In this document: piece by piece, positions 37,127-44,703 of the stretch
Layout: every line of letters starts with the position of its first letter
Numbering within the stretch: position 1 is the stretch's first letter
Assembly (NCBI GenBank): GCA_042219045.1
Contig: JBDGQO010000004.1
Coordinates: 2,975-47,677, forward strand
Direction of reading: 5' to 3'
Length of the DNA: 44,703 nt
Origin: Candidatus Bipolaricaulia bacterium
GTDB lineage: Bacteria > Bipolaricaulota > Bipolaricaulia > RBG-16-55-9
The notes under the pieces: generated by a model
Databases searched by the model: none
Seen by the model: the letters and a program-made list of their open reading frames with translations, nothing else
Told to the model about the DNA's origin: nothing
Position numbers and translations under genes: made by a program

Positions 37127-38436
37127 GGGGCCCTCCTTGAGGCAGATTGCTCACTTTGCTCAGAGTCCTGGACACCGAACAACGCCGCAATGGCGTCCCG
37201 GTCCAGGCCATGGTCGTTCCCGACCCAATCCTTAATCCGAGTGGTCGGGTCGTGCAAGAGCTTGTTCATCAGGCGTCGAGACAGCTGCTCCACCAGGGCC
37301 TCTTGATCGGGATCGTCAAGCTGGAGCCGTCGGAGCGTCGACTGGAGTTCGTCGTCGCGAATCGCCTCGGCCCGGTCGCGCAGGGCGCGAATGAGGGATG
37401 CGGCGTCACGTTCCTTAAGCCAGGCGTCGAAGCGATCCACCTCGGCCGCAATCATTCGTCCGATGGGCTCGACTTCCGCTTGACGTCGTTCGCGATGCGC
37501 TTGGACGATGTCTTGAAGGTCGTCGACGTTGTGGAGCTCGACGTCCGGACGCTGAGCGACATTCGCCTCGACGTCGCGCGGCAGCGCCAGGTCGACGATA
37601 ACCAACGACGGAGGACAGTCTTCCGCTGATCGCGCCTCGTCGACATGAGATCGATCCACAAGCGTCCGCGGCGACCCACTGGCACTGATGACGAGGTCAA
37701 CGTCCTCGAGCGCGCTCGGCAGATCGTCCAAAGGCCAAAACGTGGCATTGTAACTCGCTAGGAGCGAGTCGGCGGTCTCGCGACTTCGGTTGGCGAGACG
37801 AACCTCTTGGACGCCGCGTTCGTTGAGGCGCCGCGCCGCAAGCCCTCCGATCTTGCCCGCGCCGACAATCAATGCCGTCCTGCCGACCAGGGATCCGAGG
37901 CGCTGCTCTGCTTGATCCACGCCGATGGACGCCATGGAGACGGGATAGCGGTTGATGTCGGTCTCCGTGCGTGCTCGTTTGCCTAGGCGGATTGCCTGAC
38001 GGAACAGTTGGTGCAGCACGGGGCCGATCGTGTCCTGCGCTTCCGCTTGCTCCTTGGCCCGTTTCACCTGATGCAGGATCTGTGACTCGCCGAGCACGAG
38101 TGAATCCAGGCCGGTGGCGACGCGGAACAGATGTTCGCCCGCCGCGCTGCCCTGATGGAGATAGCTCGCGGTCTGCAGGCACGTCGCGTCCATCCCGCCC
38201 AGCCGGCTCAGTTCAGCGGTGAGATCCTCCCAGATCCAGGACATGTCGCGTTCGGTGACCCCATAGATCTCGATCCGGTTGCAGGTGCTCAGTAGGACGG
38301 ATTCGTGCTCGTCTCCCAGTGGGAGCGGGGGGAGCGATGAGCCCTCACCGGAGGCGCCAAGCGCGCGCATGAGACGTTCGCGCGCCTCGACCGAGTCGCT
38401 GCGATGGTTTAAGCCCCAGACGAAGATCGATTCCAT
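37123..38436 (-). CDS. hemA: Glutamyl-tRNA reductase
   Basis: GLNH, LSTCNR, GLDSLVLGESQIL, GAGKIG, DLALPRDVE, KLLHDPT. Confidence 0.96.
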   Translation of the reverse strand: MESIFVWGLNHRSDSVEARERLMRALGASGEGSSLPPLPLGDEHESVLLSTCNRIEIYGVTERDMSWIWEDLTAELSRLGGMDATCLQTASYLHQGSAAGEHLFRVATGLDSLVLGESQILHQVKRAKEQAEAQDTIGPVLHQLFRQAIRLGKRARTETDINRYPVSMASIGVDQAEQRLGSLVGRTALIVGAGKIGGLAARRLNERGVQEVRLANRSRETADSLLASYNATFWPLDDLPSALEDVDLVISASGSPRTLVDRSHVDEARSAEDCPPSLVIVDLALPRDVEANVAQRPDVELHNVDDLQDIVQAHRERRQAEVEPIGRMIAAEVDRFDAWLKERDAASLIRALRDRAEAIRDDELQSTLRRLQLDDPDQEALVEQLSRRLMNKLLHDPTTRIKDWVGNDHGLDRDAIAALFGVQDSEQSEQSASRRAP

Positions 38437-38584
38437 GCTCAAGATGTGGCCGTTGGCTATTCGACTCAACGGTCGAAAGTAGACTAGCAAGTCGAACGCG
38501 GACATGCAATCGTCGGACTATCTGAGTCCCTCCGCCGAGTGGTAAAAAAGTCGAAGGATCAAACCCGGTAAGGAGTGGACGCCC

Positions 38585-39664
38585 ATGCCCCGCTGGCTCG
38601 TCGCAGTTGTTTGGGTGGCCGTTCTCGGCGTTGGGCTGCTGACAAGTGGCGCGTTGCCGGTTGACATTCCAAGTTTGGCATCGTCATCGGGGTCAGCGCC
38701 GGCCGTTTGGGAGCGTGAGGTGCGGTTTGAGGGCGGTGACGGCCTCACGTTGGCCGGTACGCTGACCGTCCCGACAACAACAGATGTCGAGCCGCCGGTC
38801 GTGGTGATGCTCCACGGCTCGGGACCGATCGACCGCGATGGGAATGCGCCCGGCTTAGCGCTCGACGTCTTCCGACAGTTGGCTGACCCTCTCGCCCAAA
38901 ACGGCATCGCCAGCCTTCGCTACGATAAACGAGGTGTTGGAAAGAGCGAAGGGAGCTTCGACGCCGCCTGCATGTCGGATCTCGTTGCCGACGCACGGTC
39001 CGCTGTCCAATTCGTCAAAGCTCGCCCTGAGATCAACTCCGAGCAGGTCTTCGTTCTTGGCCACAGCGAGGGCGGCACGCTCGCCCAGATCGTGGCGACG
39101 AGAGCCTCTCTGGCTGGATTGATTCTGATTGCGGCACCGGCACAGCCGCTCGGCAAGGTTATCACATGGCAGCTACAACAGACGCTTAAGGAACAAGGGG
39201 CACCGGACTCCCAAATTGAAAGCGAATTGAACAAGCAGCGACGTTTCAATAAGTGGGTCAAGCGGACCGAGGGCAAATGGGGCAACTACACGTTAAAGGA
39301 CGTGCAAGACGCCGTCCCCGGGTTCACGGCCCGCGAATGGCTCAGCGCCCAATCGTTTCCGCTCTGCTGGTACCGCGAACACTTCAACCATGACCCATTG
39401 TCGACGATACGCAACATTGAGGTGCCCGTCTTGATCGTTCACGGCCAAAACGATCGCCAAGTCCCACCGCCAGCTGCCCATTCGCTTGCCCAAGCAGGCA
39501 AGGATGCGGGCAACGACGACGTCCAGGCCCGAGTGTTTTCAAATCTAAACCACGTGTTGCGCCGTGACCAGGATAAGGCATTGGGAAATCGCCATCTGGA
39601 TCGGCCCGTCGACGAGCGCGTACGCCAGCTGATCGTCGGGTGGCTGACGGAACAGACGCGCTGA
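38585..39664 (+). CDS. Secreted alpha/beta hydrolase
   Basis: Signal peptide; HGSGPIDRDG, RYDKRGVG, GHSEG nucleophile, DRQV, LNH. Confidence 0.9.
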   Translation: MPRWLVAVVWVAVLGVGLLTSGALPVDIPSLASSSGSAPAVWEREVRFEGGDGLTLAGTLTVPTTTDVEPPVVVMLHGSGPIDRDGNAPGLALDVFRQLADPLAQNGIASLRYDKRGVGKSEGSFDAACMSDLVADARSAVQFVKARPEINSEQVFVLGHSEGGTLAQIVATRASLAGLILIAAPAQPLGKVITWQLQQTLKEQGAPDSQIESELNKQRRFNKWVKRTEGKWGNYTLKDVQDAVPGFTAREWLSAQSFPLCWYREHFNHDPLSTIRNIEVPVLIVHGQNDRQVPPPAAHSLAQAGKDAGNDDVQARVFSNLNHVLRRDQDKALGNRHLDRPVDERVRQLIVGWLTEQTR

Positions 39665-39668
39665 TCCC

Positions 39669-42335
39669 TCACGTGCGGGGGGAAGCGGATCGCGATTGCT
39701 CCGCTTCCATCTCCTCGCGCATCTGCTGATACATGCGCCGCAGGAAAGCTTGGCGGTCTTCGGCTTTCACGAGGTCGCTCTTGCCCTGCATGACGATATG
39801 GAACGCGAAGGGGCTGGGATGCGAGCTAATGCGACCCGCGATCTCGATCTCCCCTTGGCGAATCTCGTCCAGGATCTGCTCGGCGTGGGTCACGTCCATG
39901 GCGTCCTCCATGACTTCGCGGTAGGCCTCGCGCAGCACGGGGAAGCGCTCGTCCATCGCCTCGACGGCGCTCTGGAGGATCATGGCTTTGACCTGCTGAC
40001 GCCCGACCGATTTCTGTTGCCCTTTGTAACGCTTGAGGATCATGAGCGAGCGCGTGGCGCAATGTCGGAAGCGCCGTCGAAGAATTTCGCTATTGTCCAG
40101 AGCATCCTTGAGTGCCGTGCGAAGGTCGCGCTCTCTGAGCAGCTCGAAGGCGCTCATCACGCGGACGTGGCCCTCGTAGGCGACGTAGAAGCCGTGATCG
40201 GTGATGCCGACCTCGACGTCCTTGTCCTCCCGGCGTGCGATGAGCCAGGCGATCGCCCGGCTGAGCGCGTCGTTGACGCGACGGCCGAACAGCGAATGGA
40301 AAATGACCCACGTTTTGACGGGGCCCTTATAGCGATCCGGCTCGAGCTCTTCCTCGTAATATTCGACGAGGATTTTGTGACGATGGGGGATTTCCGCGTC
40401 TTGGTGCTGCTCAGCAACGTAGTTGTAGAACGACTCGATGCCGCGTTCGTCCAGGCTGAGCTGGGCCCGCAGATAGGCTTGGACCTGTTCGGCCGTCTGG
40501 CCTTGCTCGAATCGTTCCGCCAGTTCAGTGCGGATCGATTGGATGTCGCAGGCGAGGCCGAAGCTGAGCGGCAGCATCTCGGAAAACCACGACGGCACCG
40601 TCGGCGACTTGCCACCGGCGGGGGCGACTTGGGCCGTCATGCCGCGGGCATAGTTGAACTGATACGTGTCCCCGCCGAGGACGAAGACGTCGCCCTTGCG
40701 CAGCATCTCCAAGAACGACTCCTCGATGCTGCCGACGGCGCGATTACCGATTTTGACCGTCACGTAGGACTCGTCCGGAATGGTGCCGACGTTGGTAAGA
40801 TACAGCACGCGCGCGAGACGGCCGCGCTTGCCGATCAGCTGCTTTTCGCGATCGTAGAAGATCTTGGCGTAGACTCGTCGGTCCTCCAGGGAAGCGTACT
40901 CGCCGGCCAGGTACTCCAGCACGCTCTCGAAGTCGGCCCACGACAGGGCGTGATAGGGGTAGCTGCGCGTGACGATCTCGTAGAGGTCGTCGGCCGCGAT
41001 CCGGCCGTCCATGAGCACCCCGAAGATCTGTTGCGCCAGGACGTCTAGACAGTTCATGGGAAAGTGGAGCTCGTCCAATTGGTGCTCCAGGGCGCTCTTC
41101 ATCATGACCGAGCACTCGACGAGCTCGTCGCGGTCGGTGACGAGGATACGGCCCATGACGGTATCGTGAAGGCGATGGCCACTTCGGCCGATGCGTTGGA
41201 GCGCGCGGGCGACGCTCTTCGGCGAGTTGACCAGCACGACCAGATCGATGTGGCCGACGTCAATGCCGAGTTCCAGTGACGTCGACGTGATCACGGCTTT
41301 CAAGTCGCCCGCTTTCAGGCGCTGTTCGATCTCGTGGCGGTGATCGCGGGAGAGGGAGCCGTGATGCGCGCCGATCTTGCCCTCGAAGCGGGGATAGCGG
41401 TCTTTCAAAATATGGACGATCCGCTCGGTTGCTGAGCGGGTGTTCGTGAACACGAGCGTCGTGCGATGCCCGTCGATCAAGCGGGCCAGCGTGTCGTAGA
41501 GGTTGGCGTTCAGCTGTTGAGCCGTCGTGTGAATAAAATCGTCCACTGGGCTCAGCACCTGGAGATCGAGCGGCTTCTCGAAGCGGGCGTCGACGATGGC
41601 GCAGTCGCGCCACGGGTCGTCGCCTTCGTCGAGCTCGCCGAGCACGGACCCGTGGCGGCGCCCGACCAAGAACTTGGCGACCTCGTCCAATGGGCTGATT
41701 GTGGCGGACAGCCCGATGCGGGTGACGTCGCGGTTGATCTTTTCCACGAGCCGCTCGAGCGACAGCGACAGATGGACGCCGCGCTTGTTCTCGGCGAGCG
41801 CGTGGACCTCGTCGACGATGATCCAGCGCAGATGTCGGAAATACTGGGCGAACTGCGGCGAGGTGAGCGTGATCGCGAACGACTCCGGCGTGGTGATGAA
41901 GATGTGCGGGGCCTGCTCGCGCATCCGTTGCTTGTGCGCATCGGAGGTGTCGCCCGTCCGGATGCCGACGCGGATTCCCAAATCGCGGTCGGCCACATGG
42001 CCGATGCCCTCGAGCGGTTCCTGAAGGTTGCGCTCGATGTCGTTGCCGAGCGCTTTCAGAGGGGAGATGTAGACACAGTAGATGCCGTTTTCCAGGTTGG
42101 CCTCGTCTGAACGTTGCGTCAGTTCGCTGATGATCGAGGTGAACGCGGCCAGGGTCTTGCCGCTGCCAGTCGGGGCCGAGATCAGGCAGTTACGGCCGTC
42201 GTGGATGTTCGGCACCGCGTGGCGCTGCGGCGGGCTGAACGAGCCGAATTGCGCCCGAAACCACTCGCGCACCCAAGGGTGGAGAAGCTTGAACAGCGTG
42301 TCGGCGTCGGTCGGGTGGGTCTGATGGTGGAGCAT
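39669..42335 (-). CDS. lhr: Lhr-family ATP-dependent helicase (core, archaeal-type size)
   Basis: APTGSGKT, SPLKAL, DEVH, GLSAT, HHGSL, SLELGID, QRIGRSGH, GTIPD, HSLFGRRVN, PSPFA; alternative start at 42347. Confidence 0.92.
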   Translation of the reverse strand: MLHHQTHPTDADTLFKLLHPWVREWFRAQFGSFSPPQRHAVPNIHDGRNCLISAPTGSGKTLAAFTSIISELTQRSDEANLENGIYCVYISPLKALGNDIERNLQEPLEGIGHVADRDLGIRVGIRTGDTSDAHKQRMREQAPHIFITTPESFAITLTSPQFAQYFRHLRWIIVDEVHALAENKRGVHLSLSLERLVEKINRDVTRIGLSATISPLDEVAKFLVGRRHGSVLGELDEGDDPWRDCAIVDARFEKPLDLQVLSPVDDFIHTTAQQLNANLYDTLARLIDGHRTTLVFTNTRSATERIVHILKDRYPRFEGKIGAHHGSLSRDHRHEIEQRLKAGDLKAVITSTSLELGIDVGHIDLVVLVNSPKSVARALQRIGRSGHRLHDTVMGRILVTDRDELVECSVMMKSALEHQLDELHFPMNCLDVLAQQIFGVLMDGRIAADDLYEIVTRSYPYHALSWADFESVLEYLAGEYASLEDRRVYAKIFYDREKQLIGKRGRLARVLYLTNVGTIPDESYVTVKIGNRAVGSIEESFLEMLRKGDVFVLGGDTYQFNYARGMTAQVAPAGGKSPTVPSWFSEMLPLSFGLACDIQSIRTELAERFEQGQTAEQVQAYLRAQLSLDERGIESFYNYVAEQHQDAEIPHRHKILVEYYEEELEPDRYKGPVKTWVIFHSLFGRRVNDALSRAIAWLIARREDKDVEVGITDHGFYVAYEGHVRVMSAFELLRERDLRTALKDALDNSEILRRRFRHCATRSLMILKRYKGQQKSVGRQQVKAMILQSAVEAMDERFPVLREAYREVMEDAMDVTHAEQILDEIRQGEIEIAGRISSHPSPFAFHIVMQGKSDLVKAEDRQAFLRRMYQQMREEMEAEQSRSASPRT

Positions 42336-42359
42336 GAACCCCACCATGGTAGAGACCGT

Positions 42360-42737
42360 TCAATCGGAAGGCCAGCGGACAACTTTCAGCCCTACACGAG
42401 CCGTTCCCGTGTCGATGATCTCCAGTTTTTGCGCAGCGGCTTTGGACAAGTCGATGATCCGGCCGGGGATGAACGGGCCACGGTCGGTGATGCGGACGAG
42501 GACACTGTTGCCCGTTTTCAAATCGACGACTTTAACCCACGTGTCGAAAGGCAGGGTTTTATGGGCGGCCGTCATCTCATGCATGTTGTAGATCTCCCCG
42601 CTTGAGGTCCGCTGGCCGTGGAAGTCGGGCCCGTACCAGGACGCGGTTCCGACTTGGTCATAGCCCCAGCTTTGGCTCAAGCCGACGGTCAAGAACGCCA
42701 CGAGCACGGCTGCGATGAGGGCGTCACGGGCCAGCAT
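42360..42737 (-). CDS. rlpA: RlpA-family lytic transglycosylase (DPBB)
   Basis: GTASWYG..FHG..TSSGE, TAAHKTLPF, DRGPF, RIIDLS. Confidence 0.92.
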   Translation of the reverse strand: MLARDALIAAVLVAFLTVGLSQSWGYDQVGTASWYGPDFHGQRTSSGEIYNMHEMTAAHKTLPFDTWVKVVDLKTGNSVLVRITDRGPFIPGRIIDLSKAAAQKLEIIDTGTARVGLKVVRWPSD

Positions 42738-42742
42738 GGGGA

Positions 42743-43201
42743 TCAACGGACAGCGCTCACGAGGCGATCAAGCAACACGTGGACCACGTTCGGGGCATAG
42801 AGGCCGGCGATGAGAACCCCGATCATCCGTGGCGTGACCCATTCCGGCGTCGTTCTGGGCAGCGTGAGCCCGACGTAGCTGAGTCCGACAGCCACCAGGC
42901 CGAAAACGATAGCCAGATAGGCAAGGCGTGTCAGGGGGCCGAACAGGAGACTATGGCTAGCACCGCGATGCTTGAAGGCCCGGGCGTAAGGGCCCCATAT
43001 AAAACTGAGCGGTCCCCAGCGCTTGCGCGCACTGTTGGCTTCCAGGTCGAGGTCGGGGCTCAATAGCAGGCTGGCGAAGACGTAGGCACCCGCGAAGGCC
43101 CCGATCTCCGGTGGCGCAAACAGATCGCTGTAGAGGGCCCCGCCGATAATCAATGGCAGCGTGACCATTTCGACGCGTTGGTGGGTCGTTCCCGAAGGCA
43201 T
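42743..43201 (-). CDS. DUF2227-like putative metal-binding membrane protein
   Basis: MPSGTTH, LSPDLD, RWG...W.PY...HRG.SH, HVLLD. Confidence 0.85.
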   Translation of the reverse strand: MPSGTTHQRVEMVTLPLIIGGALYSDLFAPPEIGAFAGAYVFASLLLSPDLDLEANSARKRWGPLSFIWGPYARAFKHRGASHSLLFGPLTRLAYLAIVFGLVAVGLSYVGLTLPRTTPEWVTPRMIGVLIAGLYAPNVVHVLLDRLVSAVR

Positions 43202-43268
43202 CCCGCTCGCTATCCTAGCGCCGTGACCGCTCTCCGACAGCGACATTCGTCCGCCACGCGGGCGACGC

Positions 43269-43297
43269 TTGACGGCCGCTGTCACCTCTTGTACAAT
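43269..43297 (+). promoter_or_regulatory. groESL sigma70 promoter
   Basis: TTGACG-17 bp-TACAAT. Confidence 0.8.
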
Positions 43298-43299
43298 AC

Positions 43300-43326
43300 T
43301 TAGCAGTCATCTCTGATGAGTGCTAA
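43300..43326 (+). promoter_or_regulatory. CIRCE element (HrcA operator)
   Basis: TTAGCAGTC-N9-GAGTGCTAA, one mismatch to the consensus. Confidence 0.92.
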
Positions 43327-43360
43327 TACACCACTGCTAACAACCACGAAGGGAGGACCC

Positions 43361-43648
43361 ATGGCGGAGAACCTCAAGCTCAAGCCACTCGCGGATCGCG
43401 TCCTGCTCCAGGAAGTCGAGGAAGAGGAGGAAGAGCAAGGCGGCATCGTGCTACCGGAGGAGGCGCGCTCGGATCAGAACCTCTTGCGCGCCCATGTGAT
43501 CGCGGTCGGCACGGACAAGGACGAGATCGAGGTCAACGAAGGCGATACCGTCCTGATCGACAGTTTTTCCGGCCGGAAGTTTGAGGCCGACGGGGCGGAC
43601 TACCGCATCGTGAAGGCCGAGGACATTCTCGCAATTTCCGAGGAGTAA
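43361..43648 (+). CDS. groES: Co-chaperonin GroES
   Basis: LKPLADRVL, GGIVLP, VIAVG, EDILA; SD GGGAGG. Confidence 0.95.
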   Translation: MAENLKLKPLADRVLLQEVEEEEEEQGGIVLPEEARSDQNLLRAHVIAVGTDKDEIEVNEGDTVLIDSFSGRKFEADGADYRIVKAEDILAISEE

Positions 43649-43675
43649 CAGGCTCAATCAGACAAGGAGGATCCT

Positions 43676-44703
43676 ATGGCGGACAACTACAAAGAGGTCA
43701 TTTTCGACGAGGACTCCCGCGAGCGACTGCTAAGCGGCATTGACCAGCTTGCGCGGGCCGTGCGCATCACGCTCGGGCCCCGCGGTCGCAGCGTGATCCT
43801 CGACAAGGAGTTCGGCGGCCCCAAGGTCGTCAACGACGGCGTCACCATCGCCGAGGAGCAGGAGTACGAGGACGAGTTCGAGAACATGGGCGCCCAGCTT
43901 GTCAAGCAGGTCGCCAAGGAAACCGAAGATTCCGCCGGCGATGGCACGACGACGGCGACCATTTTGGCCAATGCCCTGATCACCGAGGGCAACAAGAACA
44001 TTACCGCCGGAGCCAACCCGATGTGGCTCAAGCGCGGCTTGGAGCGCGCTGCGCGCGCCGTTGCCGACGAGTTGGCCAAGCAGAGCCGCGAGCTGAGCAG
44101 CAAGGAGGAGATGGCCCGCGTGGCGACGATCTCCTCCAACGACGAGGAGATCGGCCAGATCATCGCCGACACGATGGAAGCCGCCGGCTCCGACGGGGTC
44201 ATCACCGTGGAGGAGTCCGAGAGCATCGACACCTACTACGAGCTCGTCGAAGGGCTCCAGTTCGACCGCGGCTACCTCAGCCCCTACTTCGTGACCGACC
44301 AGGAGCGCATGGAGGCCGAGCTCAAGGATCCCTACATCCTGATTACCGACCAGGAGATCAAGCAGGCCCGCGACTTGGTGCCGCTTCTGGAGAAGATCTC
44401 CCAGGCCGGCAAGCCGTTGTTGATCGTCGCCCAGAACGTCGAGGGCGAGGCGTTGACGACGCTGGTCATCAACAAGCTGCGCGGTACGCTCGACGTCGCT
44501 GCGGTCAAGGCGCCCGGCTTCGGCGACCGCCGCAAGGCGATGCTGCAGGACATGGCAACGCTCACGGGCGGCCAGGTCATCGCCGAGGACGCCGGCATGA
44601 AGATCGAGAACGCCACGATCGACATGCTCGGCACCGCGGACAACGTGACGATCACCGACGACGACACCACGGTCGTCGGCGGCCATGGCGAGAAGGGCGA
44701 CAT
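43676..44703 (+). CDS. groEL: Chaperonin GroEL (partial, runs off window)
   Basis: Not in the ORF track. [10 protein letters not shown]..., [42 protein letters not shown]. Confidence 0.98.
   Translation, partial: MADNYKEVIFDEDSRERLLSGIDQLARAVRITLGPRGRSVILDKEFGGPKVVNDGVTIAEEQEYEDEFENMGAQLVKQVAKETEDSAGDGTTTATILANALITEGNKNITAGANPMWLKRGLERAARAVADELAKQSRELSSKEEMARVATISSNDEEIGQIIADTMEAAGSDGVITVEESESIDTYYELVEGLQFDRGYLSPYFVTDQERMEAELKDPYILITDQEIKQARDLVPLLEKISQAGKPLLIVAQNVEGEALTTLVINKLRGTLDVAAVKAPGFGDRRKAMLQDMATLTGGQVIAEDAGMKIENATIDMLGTADNVTITDDDTTVVGGHGEKGD

Overview
High-GC bacterial chromosomal window. Many cytoplasmic proteins look acidic and several genes are archaeal-type (FBP aldolase/phosphatase, core-size Lhr, haloarchaeal-like ferrochelatase). 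A likely outer-membrane beta-barrel and CARDB/PKD secreted proteins are present. My inference is a halophilic diderm, possibly Bipolaricaulota/Acetothermia. The left ~10.5 kb, downstream of the 3' end of tRNA-Val(TAC), is accessory-like. It holds a cupin-HD-GYP-GAF gene running off the window, a small secreted peptide, a YWTD propeller protein, an RHH-RemA-RHH operon whose two RHH genes are absent from the ORF track, a PAS-GAF-GGDEF cyclase, an AIM24-family gene, arsR-arsM and two pseudogenes. It also holds three copies of a ~93-bp palindromic MITE-like repeat and a candidate ~140-nt rod-shaped sRNA. The rest is mostly housekeeping: baeRF1-like factor, thiI, meaB, lysS, greA, rnpA, serS, fbp, folD, tRNA-Lys, hemA-chdC-ferrochelatase, lhr, rlpA and CIRCE-groES-groEL. 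It also has a CARDB metalloprotease, a SNase-PKD-LTD nuclease next to a 1786-aa beta-helix protein, and a VanZ-like pseudogene. All calls come from motif reading by eye; no database searches were run.
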